In this document: positions 13,707 to 23,700 of the stretch, one piece after another
Numbering within the stretch: the first letter of the stretch is position 1
How the letters are laid out: each line of letters opens with the position of its first letter
Assembly (NCBI RefSeq): GCF_000195975.1
Contig: NC_005070.1
Location: forward strand, 1,980,001 to 2,012,000
Length of the DNA stretch: 32,000 bases
Origin: Parasynechococcus marenigrum WH 8102
GTDB lineage: Bacteria > Cyanobacteriota > Cyanobacteriia > PCC-6307 > Cyanobiaceae
Direction: 5' to 3'
The notes under the pieces: generated by a model
The model's input: only the letters and a program-made list of their open reading frames with translations
Told to the model about the DNA's origin: nothing
The model's database searches: none
Program-made: the position numbers and the translations under genes

Positions 13707-15929
13707 ATGGCAATCTTTCGTAGCCGTGCAGTTGATGCTGCCAACCAAGCTGAAACACTCGACACGCCATTGGTTTTACTCAGGCCGCAACTGAGACAAC
13801 GTTTCAATAGCAATTTGAGATTGTGGAGGGATTTGAGCATCCCTCAGAACAGCAACCATCAAGTGTGGACGGAGGAACAGATACAACATGACCCCACCGA
13901 GTGTGCAGCGGTGAGCCTTTCAATCATTCTGAGGTATCACGGTAGTTATCAACCGATCAGCACAATCAGACATGCTTGCGGGGTATCAAGAGACGGAAGT
14001 AATGCCGCCAATTTAGTATGCTCAGCCCGCACATTTGGCATGAATGCCAAGGGATACAAGAAGGGGCTGAAAACACTCCAAACCGTGTCCTTACCTGCAG
14101 TGGTGTTCTGGAATTTCGATCATTTTCTGGTTCTTGAGGGGATCGATGAGCAGCGCTTTTGGATTAACGACCCAGCCACCGGACGACGATGCGTTGAACT
14201 TGAAGAATTTGACCGTTGCTACACAGGCGTGGTGATCACGATGCAACCGGATCCATCGTTTGAACCCACAGGCAAAGCACCACACGCCGTTCAGCAGCTT
14301 GGTGCATGGTTGAAGAGAGGATCCAAAGTCAAGCGCTGGGGCTTCCTGCTCATGCTGGGAATCAGCGCTGGAGTGCTCAGCCAGACAACACGGGTACTTG
14401 TTGAGCCAGGCCTTTGGCCCTTCATCGGCCTTGCCCTGGCTGTTGTGCCACTCGGACAGGTGCTGAGTCGAGAACTCGAACGACAGCTCCGTAGGGAATT
14501 ACAAGAACAACTGATTAGCCTTCCGGATTGGATCCTCCAACAACATTTCAGTCATGAATTAGCAGGACGGCTGGAGCGCGTTTCAGCACTCTGTGAACAG
14601 CTGCGCCTTCGCATTGGCCAGAGCCTGCCGCTTGTGCTGGGAATGGCGGTTTGGACAGTGGTGCTGCTGGTGCAGAACACGTTTCTTGGTCTGATCGTGA
14701 TCGGAGGCCTCTCGCTTTGGACTGCCGTTAAGCAGCGCAACGAATCCATGAACAGCAGCAGAGATGTGCGGTCACGCATCAGCATGAACAGCGCCGGACT
14801 CACCCTTCAGGCTGGATTGAAGGATCCTGAAACCTTGAAAGCATCGGCCCTGGAGCAGGACCTGTTCCTGCGGTGGTCTGGCTTGGATGCCATCGCAACA
14901 CGCCAACGTCAGAACTTGTCCTACAGCCGTGAGCTGCAGGACTGGGTACCACAAATCGTGTACTGGAGTCTTCCGGTGTTGGTGTGGAGTGTGGCGAGTC
15001 ACACCGCAAATGCTGGTCTCACAGTGATCATTGGCACCATGGGATTGTGCCTGGCTTTGCAGCAGCTTCAGGAGATGTGGAAGGCTTGGGGGGCCAGCAA
15101 AAGAGCCATCCTTGCGATTCGAGATTTACAAGAGCAGCCCCGAGATCCACTGTTAAGCGCTGGACAACACCAATCGAACATTCCATTTGAAACGGGGCCT
15201 GCCAGCGTGAGTGTCGAGGGCGTTGACTTTGGCTATATCCCGGTGCTTCCGCCATTGATTCAAGAGCTGAGTCTGAGTGTGGACAAGGGGCAAAAAATTG
15301 CCTTGGTGGGGGGATCAGGATCAGGCAAAATCACACTGGCGCGGCTCATGGCGGGCCTGGTGCAGCCAAACAAAGGGGTGGTCAAGATCAATGGAATACC
15401 ACTGCTGGAGATGACCCAACAGGAACGAAGCCAAGCCATTGCCATGTTGCAACAGGGGATGCCGCTGTTTTCGGCCACCGTGCGCGACAACCTCACCCTG
15501 TTCAATTCAGCCATCAGTGATGGCGAGATTCAAGCGGCATGTGAAACAGCAGCCATCTGGGAACGGCTGCAACAATTACCTCAGGGCCTCAACACCACCC
15601 TGGGTGTGAACGGTCAGGACCTCAGTGGAGGAGAACAGCAACGACTGCAACTGGCTCAAGTTCTTTTACAACGACCATCCCTGTTGATCCTGGACGAAGC
15701 GACGTCGGCATTAGAAGCTCAAACCGAAGCGCGCATCGAACAAGCAATTCAAGGTCTGCATTGCACCCAAATTGTGGTAGCCCATCGTCTCAGCACGGTG
15801 AGAGATGCTGATGTAATTATCGTTTTAGATCATGGCAAGATCGTGCAACGGGGATGCCATGACGCGCTGTTGAAAGAGGAAGGGTCACACTATTGCAATC
15901 TTTTGTTACTGGAAGACGCCAATCTCTAG
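13707..15929 (+). CDS. bacteriocin-type ABC exporter with N-terminal C39 peptidase domain (NHLP/Nif11-type peptidase/permease/ATPase)
   Basis: C39 motifs are QHDPTECAAVSLSIILRYHG, CGVSRDGSNAANL, FWNFDHFLVLEG and INDPATGRR. A 6-TM region follows. Walker A is GGSGSGKIT, the signature is LSGGEQQRL and Walker B is LLILDEATSALE. The native start may be GTG 13863. Confidence 0.9.
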   Translation: MAIFRSRAVDAANQAETLDTPLVLLRPQLRQRFNSNLRLWRDLSIPQNSNHQVWTEEQIQHDPTECAAVSLSIILRYHGSYQPISTIRHACGVSRDGSNAANLVCSARTFGMNAKGYKKGLKTLQTVSLPAVVFWNFDHFLVLEGIDEQRFWINDPATGRRCVELEEFDRCYTGVVITMQPDPSFEPTGKAPHAVQQLGAWLKRGSKVKRWGFLLMLGISAGVLSQTTRVLVEPGLWPFIGLALAVVPLGQVLSRELERQLRRELQEQLISLPDWILQQHFSHELAGRLERVSALCEQLRLRIGQSLPLVLGMAVWTVVLLVQNTFLGLIVIGGLSLWTAVKQRNESMNSSRDVRSRISMNSAGLTLQAGLKDPETLKASALEQDLFLRWSGLDAIATRQRQNLSYSRELQDWVPQIVYWSLPVLVWSVASHTANAGLTVIIGTMGLCLALQQLQEMWKAWGASKRAILAIRDLQEQPRDPLLSAGQHQSNIPFETGPASVSVEGVDFGYIPVLPPLIQELSLSVDKGQKIALVGGSGSGKITLARLMAGLVQPNKGVVKINGIPLLEMTQQERSQAIAMLQQGMPLFSATVRDNLTLFNSAISDGEIQAACETAAIWERLQQLPQGLNTTLGVNGQDLSGGEQQRLQLAQVLLQRPSLLILDEATSALEAQTEARIEQAIQGLHCTQIVVAHRLSTVRDADVIIVLDHGKIVQRGCHDALLKEEGSHYCNLLLLEDANL

Positions 15930-16137
15930 CCTCGATAAAATGATTTAGCGCATACGGATGAACGGCAACAAACCAATTCGGCAATCATTTATCACTTCAA
16001 ACAGACCGCAAAATGCGGCACGCCAAGCAATCAAATGCAGCCTGAAGCATAAGCTTCGAGAGCCGCCCGACAGCCTTGAAGAAAACAGGTGATTGCACAC
16101 ATATTCCACCTCACGAAATCACAACAATGATCACTGC

Positions 16138-16510
16138 TCAATCATGCATGCGAATAAAAACGGCGATATCTTCGGCACTCGACATGTGGACGGAGGTGGG
16201 ACTCCAGACATACCCCGCCTGAAATGTCATAGGAAAGCAAACATGCCGGTTCAACGTGGTCGTTCGATCAGGGACAGTGTCAAAATCTCGACCAAGGAAG
16301 ATAGTAAAAAGAATACGAAAAAGAAACACAATCAGAAGCAAATGGCAATAATTCCGCCTGCAATGCGTGCCAAGCTTCGGAAATATTCGAAACAATCTGA
16401 ACAACATATCCTTCTTCTTCGAGCTCAACACCTAAAAAATCAGTCAAACGAGGCTCGTCGTCGACCAGCATGAGCCGAAGCGACTGATCAGCCTGTACAA
16501 CCTCCACCAA
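16138..16510 (-). pseudogene. response-regulator receiver-domain remnant (frameshifted, no output domain)
   Basis: The frame at 16280-16510 reads LRLMLVDDEPRLTDFLGVELEEEGYVVQIVSNISEAWHALQ, a receiver N-terminus. A second frame (16138-16431) continues weakly with ..SPTSVHMSSAEDIAV.. The remnant sits in AT-rich DNA. Confidence 0.5.
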
Positions 16511-16846
16511 AAGAGGATCCCTACACGTTCAACAATCGCACTATACAAGCATCTTTCAGGCGCAAACAAGTCATCAACATTCGACATCAAAGATGAATGC
16601 TTCAACAGCCGGTGAGGACGCCGGGAGAAGCAACAAGGGCAGGAGGTTTAAAAATCAACCTCAACTCACCCAATCAGGGCAAGGCCAAGTCAACCCATCA
16701 TTCAACAAATCAGTCAACCAATTCGCATGCACGTTGTTCAGTTCAGACCCTGCTTCGCAACAGCACGGTCGATTCCGTTGGGAGGAGTCAGAGAGCCATC
16801 CCCTCCGTTCCAAACCATCCATTCATTCCTTAGCTTGGCTTCAGCG

Positions 16847-17734
16847 CTAAAGAGTGTCCAGCAGGCGAGCCAGTTCCGGCAGCAGGCGTTCATCTCTGGC
16901 GCGTTCCGTCCCATTTGAAAAAGCCACCAGCAGCGTTGGTGGCTGCTCAGGCTGTTGCCACCAAGCGGCGTCATGCCGGGCCTGACTCATCCAACCCGCC
17001 TTGCTCCATAGCCGACAGCCTTCGGGCAGTCCTTCCCCGAGGAATCCATCCACCTGGTTTTCCGGATCGGCTCGACGTTGATCAGGATCAAGAGAGCGAC
17101 TGAGCAGGTCCCGTAACCGCCGGCAGGCGGGGGGGGAAACAACAGCGCCCGTCATTACCGCTTCCATCATCCGAGCCGTGGCGGCCGTGCTCAGCGCATT
17201 GCGGTTGCCGTTGTCGGCGCCATAGAAACGCTTCTCCCTGCCATAGGGGCCGTCTCCCCAGGTTTTCTGGCAGCAGTTGACGCCATCGAGCTCCGGCCAT
17301 TGCAAGCTGGCCAACCAGTCATTCACCAGACGGCGCTGGCGCTGCCATTGCTCCCAGCGTTCCCCGTGCAGTTCAGGACCACTGGTGGTGCCAGTGAGCA
17401 GGTCCACCACCAATCCCGTGGCGTCATTGCTCGAGTCGGCGATCATGTCCAGCATGGCGCGCTGGAGTTCATCGCTGCCGGGGATCAGGTCCCGCTGCTG
17501 CCAGCGCTCGACCGCCACCGCATAGATCAGCTTCACCACGCTGGCGGGATAAACGCAGCGATCCTGATTCCAGGCGGCACCCAGGCCCTGACCCGCCTCA
17601 GGGCTGACGTCGCTGTAGCGGACCCACGTGATGGACAAGCTGTTGCGCAACCCGGGTCGCCCTGCAGCATCCAGTTGGTCGAGCACCGACTCGAGATGGG
17701 ACGCCATAGCGGGATCGGGGCGGTAGAACGCCAT
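16847..17734 (-). CDS. serine hydrolase, class A beta-lactamase-like fold
   Basis: 295 aa with the S-x-x-K motif in YPASVVKLIYA. GC-rich core-type codon usage. Confidence 0.65.
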   Translation of the reverse strand: MAFYRPDPAMASHLESVLDQLDAAGRPGLRNSLSITWVRYSDVSPEAGQGLGAAWNQDRCVYPASVVKLIYAVAVERWQQRDLIPGSDELQRAMLDMIADSSNDATGLVVDLLTGTTSGPELHGERWEQWQRQRRLVNDWLASLQWPELDGVNCCQKTWGDGPYGREKRFYGADNGNRNALSTAATARMMEAVMTGAVVSPPACRRLRDLLSRSLDPDQRRADPENQVDGFLGEGLPEGCRLWSKAGWMSQARHDAAWWQQPEQPPTLLVAFSNGTERARDERLLPELARLLDTL

Positions 17735-17751
17735 GACGACAGCAAAGGGTC

Positions 17752-18480
17752 ATGGCGACGTTAAGCAGCCTGCTGGCTCCCGACCTTGTGCAGCCGGGAA
17801 CCAAGTGGACCCTGCTGAACGACGTCAATGGCTACGGGCACCCCATGGGCGACAGCCTCACCACCCAGGGGCGCTGTGGTCGGAGTATCCGATTGCTGCA
17901 ACGGAGCGGCGATCGACTGTTGGTGCAGCTGCTGGAGGACGGCTACCGCTGCTGGATGGATCTCGATGACCTGATCGGGCGCGCGAAGCAGCTGCCTGAT
18001 TGGAAACCAACCTTGCTTCTGGCAACGGAGATCCAGCGGCGACTGCCAGCGGTGCTGGCCTGGAGCGAAGACGCCGAACAGCAGCCCAACCACTACCTCT
18101 GGGGCGGCACCACCGAACCGAATATGGACTGCTCAGGCCTGATGCAGCTGGCCTTTGCCAGCCAGGGCATCTGGATCCCCCGGGACGCGTATCAGCAAGA
18201 GCGTTTCTGCCAACCCGTCGCCGTCTCGGTCGGCGCGCTGGATCTGTTGCGACCGGGGGATCTGATCTTTTTCGGCTCTCCGCGGCGTTGCACCCATGTG
18301 GCACTCCACCTGGGCAGTGGGCGCTACCGCCACAGTTCAGGCCAGCAGCACGGCCGCAACGGAGTCGGTGTCGACAGCCTCCACCTTTCCGATCGTCATC
18401 CCGTCGCCGGCCACTATCGGAAGCAGCTGCGGGGAGCGGGCCGCGTGATCCGCTGCCACGACGGCACCACGCTCAGCTAA
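17752..18480 (+). CDS. NlpC/P60 (C40) family cell-wall peptidase
   Basis: YLWGGTTEPNMDCSGLMQLAF holds the catalytic Cys, followed by GDLIFFG..CTHVALHLG with the His. Confidence 0.85.
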   Translation: MATLSSLLAPDLVQPGTKWTLLNDVNGYGHPMGDSLTTQGRCGRSIRLLQRSGDRLLVQLLEDGYRCWMDLDDLIGRAKQLPDWKPTLLLATEIQRRLPAVLAWSEDAEQQPNHYLWGGTTEPNMDCSGLMQLAFASQGIWIPRDAYQQERFCQPVAVSVGALDLLRPGDLIFFGSPRRCTHVALHLGSGRYRHSSGQQHGRNGVGVDSLHLSDRHPVAGHYRKQLRGAGRVIRCHDGTTLS

Positions 18481-18530
18481 GCGGCAAGCCCGGTCGGCTT
18501 AGGTTGCATCGATCAGCAACCCCCCTCGGC

Positions 18531-19493
18531 ATGAGCACACCCCTGGACCTGTCCGTGGTGGTGCCTCTCTACAACGAGGAGGAAAGCCTTCCCTACTTGG
18601 TGGAGCAACTCACCGACGCCCTGCGGCCCAGTGGTGAGCGCTTCGAACTGGTGCTGGTCAACGACGGGTCCAGCGACCGCACAGCCGAGGTCCTGGAGCA
18701 GCTCAGCCATAACGTCCCCGAACTGGTGGCAGTGCTGCTCCGCAAGAACTACGGCCAGACCGCAGCGATGGCCGCCGGGTTTGATGTTGCCCAGGGCGAC
18801 GTCATCGTCAGCCTCGATGGCGACCTGCAGAACGACCCCGCCGACATTCCAATGCTGCTGGCCAAGCTGCGGGAGGGCTACGACCTGGTGAGCGGCTGGC
18901 GCCATCAGCGCCAGGACGCCGCCCTGCAACGCAAACTGCCCTCTCGCATCGCCAACCGCCTGATCGGACGCGTCACCGGCGTAAAGCTTCACGACTACGG
19001 CTGCTCCCTCAAGGCCTACCGGCGCGAGGTGCTGTCAGACATGCGCCTATACGGCGAGCTGCATCGCTTCCTGCCAGCGCTGGCCTTCATCGAAGGGGCA
19101 CGCATCACCGAGGTGAAGGTGAACCATCGGGCCCGCCAGTTCGGCACCAGTAAATACGGCATCGATCGCACCTTCCGGGTGCTGATGGATCTGCTGACGG
19201 TGTGGTTCATGAAGCGCTTCCTCACCCGGCCGATGTACGTCTTCGGATTCGGGGGACTGATCGCCATGCTTGGCAGCCTTCTCGCTAGCAGCTACCTCTT
19301 GGTGGTGAAGCTGATGGGTGGAGATATCGGCAATCGTCCGTTACTCACCCTGGCGGTGGTGCTGGGGTTAGCGGGGATTCAACTGTTCTGCTTCGGACTG
19401 CTCGGAGAACTGCTGATCCGCACGTATCACGAAAGTCAGGGGCGCCCGATTTATCGCATCCGTGAGACGTTGCGCGGCGGCCGCGCTGTCTGA
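18531..19493 (+). CDS. family 2 glycosyltransferase (polyprenyl-phosphate sugar transferase-like, two C-terminal TM helices)
   Basis: MSTPLDLSVVVPLYNEEESL, NDGSSDRT and SLDGDLQNDP are present, plus a hydrophobic C-terminus. The longer track ORF from 18000 overlaps the P60 gene and is Arg/Pro-rich, so I chose ATG 18531. Confidence 0.85.
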   Translation: MSTPLDLSVVVPLYNEEESLPYLVEQLTDALRPSGERFELVLVNDGSSDRTAEVLEQLSHNVPELVAVLLRKNYGQTAAMAAGFDVAQGDVIVSLDGDLQNDPADIPMLLAKLREGYDLVSGWRHQRQDAALQRKLPSRIANRLIGRVTGVKLHDYGCSLKAYRREVLSDMRLYGELHRFLPALAFIEGARITEVKVNHRARQFGTSKYGIDRTFRVLMDLLTVWFMKRFLTRPMYVFGFGGLIAMLGSLLASSYLLVVKLMGGDIGNRPLLTLAVVLGLAGIQLFCFGLLGELLIRTYHESQGRPIYRIRETLRGGRAV

Positions 19494-19915
19494 GCTGGGG
19501 CGCGACGTGGTGTACCGCGGAACGGTTCCATCGCCTCGGCTGCAGCTTCCACCACTCGGGCGTCGCTGTCCCGCAGGGCACGCTTGAGCAATGGCAGAAC
19601 GGAACGATGTCCCCACAGGGCCGCCTCCCTCACAGCATCAAGCCGTTGCTCCGGCCCCGATGCCATCCGCTGCCGCAGCCGTTGCTGCAACGCCAGACGG
19701 CCCTGCTCCGTTTGAGGAGCAGTCCAATCAGCCCAAGGATCGTCGGCGGCGATATCTGGACTGGACGACTCGATCACCAGTTCCAGTTGGGCCCGGTTCA
19801 ACTGGGCCACGCTGCTGGTGTCTGTGCTGCTGAGCATGGGCTTGCCCGGCTTGCGACGTAACCAGAGCACCACCGTCAGAAGGACGACAGCACCGGGGAC
19901 GAGAACGTTCTGCAT
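19451..19915 (-). CDS. membrane-anchored hypothetical protein with HEAT-like repeat
   Basis: N-terminal TM helix VPGAVVLLTVVLWL. The segment REAALWGHRSVLPLLKRALRDSDARVVEAAAEAM resembles PBS-lyase HEAT repeats. Confidence 0.5.
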   Translation of the reverse strand: MQNVLVPGAVVLLTVVLWLRRKPGKPMLSSTDTSSVAQLNRAQLELVIESSSPDIAADDPWADWTAPQTEQGRLALQQRLRQRMASGPEQRLDAVREAALWGHRSVLPLLKRALRDSDARVVEAAAEAMEPFRGTPRRAPAQTARPPRNVSRMR

Positions 19916-20005
19916 ACGGATTGAACTTTTATGTCGCCGTTGCGGCCTGAAAGAGACCGTCAGATCAGTGATCTATACGATAGCTGCGAAGCTTTTGGCC
20001 TCGAC

Positions 20006-20122
20006 ATGACTGGAGATTTCGCTGCTGCCTGGCTGCCTGCGATTTTCGTGCCCATTACCGGAATCGTTTTCCCTGCAGTGTTCATCGTTCTCGTCGGTCG
20101 AGTGATCACCGCCGCCGAGTGA
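20006..20122 (+). CDS. psaI: photosystem I reaction centre subunit VIII
   Basis: The internal Met of the track ORF gives the 38-aa [38 protein letters not shown]. This is PsaI-like and lies directly upstream of psaL. Confidence 0.85.
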   Translation: MTGDFAAAWLPAIFVPITGIVFPAVFIVLVGRVITAAE

Positions 20123-20165
20123 CCGCGGATCGCGGATCGTTTTCACCCCTCAGCATTCGACTTCC

Positions 20166-20657
20166 ATGACCGTCACTCCCGTCTCTGACCCCTGCGTCGG
20201 CAACCTCGCCACCCCGGTCAACAGCGGCTATTTCATTAAGGGCCTGATCAACAACCTGCCCCTATACCGTCCCGGCATCTCCCCCAACTTCCGTGGACTG
20301 GAGACCGGCGCAGCCTTCGGCTACCTGCTGTACGGCCCCTTCACCATCTGCGGTCCCCTGCGGGCCACGGAGTATCAGCAGACCGCAGGTCTGCTAGCCG
20401 CCATCGGTGCTGTTCACATCCTTAGCCTGTTGTTCCTGCTGTACAACCAGCCCGGCAAGCAGCCCAACATCCCCCCCGCCGACGCCACCGTCGAGAACCC
20501 ACCGGCTGATCTGTTCACCCGCACCGGCTGGGCCGATTTCACCAGCGGTTTCTGGCTGGGTGGTTGCGGCGGCGCCGTGTTCGCCTGGTTCCTCTGCAAC
20601 ACGGTGCACGTTCAGGACCTGTTCAAAATCGCTGCTGGCGTCTGGAGCGTCGGCTGA
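20166..20657 (+). CDS. psaL: photosystem I reaction centre subunit XI
   Basis: 163 aa. The segment [43 protein letters not shown] is a typical PsaL N-terminal region. Confidence 0.92.
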   Translation: MTVTPVSDPCVGNLATPVNSGYFIKGLINNLPLYRPGISPNFRGLETGAAFGYLLYGPFTICGPLRATEYQQTAGLLAAIGAVHILSLLFLLYNQPGKQPNIPPADATVENPPADLFTRTGWADFTSGFWLGGCGGAVFAWFLCNTVHVQDLFKIAAGVWSVG

Positions 20658-20716
20658 TCAGGCAAAGTTCCCCGCCCACGATCTCGAGGGACTGTCACGT
20701 CCAGTCCCAACGCTGA

Positions 20717-20754
20717 CCCCCGGCTGTTCCATCAAGAGACAGCCGGGGGTTTCT
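20717..20754 (+). terminator. intrinsic terminator after psaL
   Basis: CCCCCGGCTGT (20717-20727) pairs with ACAGCCGGGGG (20739-20749), a perfect 11 bp stem, followed by TTTCT. Confidence 0.65.
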
Positions 20755-20789
20755 GACTGTCAGGATTCAGGACATTCCAAGTCGTCCCG

Positions 20790-23700
20790 TTGCGGTCGCT
20801 CTCCCAGCCGTTTCTGCGCCGACCGATCCTCACGGTTGTCTGCAGCCTGCTGATCCTGCTGGCAGGCCTGGTGGCCCTCACCGGACTGGGACTGGAGGAC
20901 CTGCCGCAGTTGGCGCCGACCCGGGTCAGCGTTGGGGCCACCTTTCCAGCGGCGTCACCGGAGGTGGTGGAGCAGAGCGTCACCGCCGTCCTGGAACAAC
21001 AGCTCAATGGTTTGGAGGGGCTGGAGAGCATCAGCTCCAACAGCCGTCAGGGTGGCGCCAGCATCAGCCTGCGTTTCAGCGAAGGCGATCCCGAGCTGAA
21101 TGCCATCAAGGTGCAGAACGAGGTGAACCTCGCCACCCGGCGTCTGCCTCAAGCGGTGAGCCGTCAGGGCCTGAGGGTTCGGCGCTCCTCGGACGACCTG
21201 CTGATGATCCTTGGCTTCAGCCATCCGCCCGATCAGTACGTTCCCACCTTCCTGGCCGGCTGGCTGGATCAATCCCTGCGGGAGGCGTTGTTCTCCACGC
21301 CTGGAATCGGCGATGTACGGGTGTTCGGCAGCAGTAACCTCGCCTTTCGCCTCTGGCTCGATCCGGATCGCCTGGAACAGGCCAGCCTGACGATCTCAGA
21401 TGTCAGCCGCGCTCTGGCCGAGCAGAACGTGCTGGCCGCCATCGGCAGCCTTGGTGCTTCACCGGCACCAGACGGTCAGTTGATCAGCATGCCGGTGGAT
21501 GCCGAGGGACGGCTGCTCACCCAGAAGGATTTCGAGAATCTGATTCTGCGCCGACTCGACAACGGCGGACTGCTGCGTCTCAAGGATGTGGGTCGCGTCG
21601 AGCTGGGGCAGCGCAGCTACGGAAGCCAGGCGATGAATCTCGACGGGCAGCGCTCCGTGGCCGTGGGGCTCTATCAGCGGGATGGCGCCAATGCCCTGGA
21701 GGTGAGTCGAGCCGTCAAAGCTGAACTGAAGCGACTGGAGCCCAGCTTCCCGCCCGGTATCGAAACGTCGATGATCGTGGATGTGGCTGACAACGTCCAG
21801 GCCAACCTCGATCGCACCATCGCCACCCTGCGTGATGCCGTGCTGCTGGTGCTGGTGGTGCTGGTGCTGTTCCTGGGACGCTGGCGCCTGGCCCTGATCC
21901 CTGGCCTTGCAGTACCGGTGGCACTGGTGGGCAGCCTGGTGCTGGTGAAGCTGAGCGGCTCCAACCTGAACAGCCTGATTTTGTTCGGAATGGTCATGGC
22001 CACCGGCATCGTCGTCGATGACGCGATCGTGGTGAGTGAAGACATCGCCGGCCGGATCGAACGGGGGGATGCCCCAAAAGCTGCGGCGGAAGACGCCATG
22101 GCCGAACTGGCCGGAGCGGTTGTGGCCACCTCCCTGGTGCTAGCTGCCGTGTTCGTGCCGGTGCTGCTGATCCCCGGCTCCGTGGGACGGCTATACCAAC
22201 CGATTGCCTTGGCCATCAGCGGCGCGATTCTGTTCTCCACCCTCAATGCCCTTTCCTTCACACCCATGGCCTGCGCCCGGGTGCTGGACTCTGGAGAAGG
22301 GCGACTGCGGGGTCCGCTGCGGCGGCTGAGCAGCGGGCTCAGGCAAGGCATGAGCGACCTGCAACGGTGCTACGCCAATCTGCTGGAGCTCTGGTTGCGG
22401 CGCGCAACGCTGGTGCTGGGCCTGCTGCTGACAGGGCTGATCATCACCGGCGCTGGGCTGGCGGCGATGCCCACCGCCTTCATCCCCAACGAAGACCAGA
22501 GCCAGATCCGCGGCTACTTCACCCTGCCGGAGGGGGCCAGCCTGGAACGGACAGTAGCGGTGATGGAACGCATCCGTGCCGTGGTAGTGGAGGAGCCCCT
22601 TGTGCGGACGGGCAACTTTTATGCCGGCCGATCCTTCGGCCAGAGCGGCGAAGACCGTGGCTCGTTCTATCTGCGGCTTCAGCCCTTGGAGCAGCGCTCC
22701 GGTCGTGATCAGAGCAGTGACGCCGTGAAACGACGGCTGAACCGCGCCATCCGCAGCCGCATCGGCGACGCCCGTGTGGTGGTCACAACCCCACCAACCG
22801 TGCGGGGCTTCAGCGGCGAATCCGGCTTGAGGCTGGAGCTGCTGGACCGCAGCGGCGGACAGCTCAACCTGCAGGCGTTCGAAGCCCTGGCCCAGCGCTT
22901 TATCAAAACCGCCCAAGCCAGCAACCGCTTTGAACGGGTGAGCACCCGCTTCGATGCCAGCTCCCCCCGGTGGCGCCTCAGCCTTGATCGCGATCTTCTG
23001 GCCAGTCTCGACCTTGATCTGAGCACTACCCTGCGCGACATCGGCACCGCCATCGGCGGCCGCTACATCGACGACACCTACGAAGGGGGCCGCATCCGCA
23101 GCATCTATGTGCAACTGGATGGAGACAACCGAACAGGCCCCGAGGATCTCAGCGGATTGATGGTGCGCAACCGCAGCGGAGAGCTGGTCTCTTTGGAGAA
23201 CGTGGCCACCCTGACCCGAACCGAAGGAGCCAACGGCATCCGCCACTACGGTCTGAACCGGGCCATCACGGTGACGGCCGTGCCGGCCCCTGGGGTGAGC
23301 AGCGGTCAGGCGATTGAGCAACTCAAGGCGGCTGGCGATGCGGTGGGGGGCAACAACATCGGGCTGGCCTTCACAGGCCTGGCCCTGGAAGAGCAAAAGG
23401 CAGCCCGTTCAACCTGGGTGCTGTTCAGCCTCGGGGTGGTGGTGGTGTACCTGCTGCTTGCGGCTCTCTACGAAAGCTTTGTCGACCCCCTGATCATCCT
23501 GCTCACCGTGCCGATTGCCCTGATGGGGGCACTGATCGGGCTGAAGCTGCGGGGTCTCCCCCTGGATGTTTACGGACAGATGGGACTGCTGGTGTTGGTG
23601 AGCCTGGCGGCCAAGAACGGCATCCTGATCGTTGAATTCGCCAATCAACGGCTGGAGGCCGGCCTGGCATTGCGGGAGGCGATCCTTGGCGCCGCCGTGA

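Noticed and set aside
2108-16846. CRISPR array, IS element or transposase, or rRNA in the accessory region
   Set aside because: The repeat families found (12-mer arm sites, 44-bp motif, 180-bp pair) are too few and too irregular, and lack the uniform spacers of a CRISPR. I saw no DDE or transposase-like ORF, no terminal inverted repeats and no rRNA-like sequence.
10678-16846. Search for Nif11/NHLP-type or other double-glycine leader precursor peptides near the exporters
   Set aside because: I translated the intergenic and AT-rich stretches by eye in both orientations. I found no small ORF with a helical leader ending in GG/GA followed by a Cys/Ser/Thr-rich core. Absence is therefore reported, not a feature.
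18000-18530. Upstream 177-codon extension of the glycosyltransferase ORF
   Set aside because: It overlaps the NlpC/P60 gene in another frame and is Arg/Pro/Ala-rich. The GT2 homology begins at ATG 18531 (MSTPLDLSVVVPLYNEE).
20123-20145. CGCGGAT tandem / CCGCG-GAT-CGCGG palindrome between psaI and psaL
   Set aside because: The stem is only 5 bp with a 3-nt loop, inside an operon spacer. It is too weak to call a terminator or attenuator.
22191-23396. 401-aa minus-strand ORF, and the 225-aa ORF at 21674-22351
   Set aside because: Antisense to the RND transporter gene. Ala/Gly/Pro/Arg-rich low-complexity translation with no motifs.
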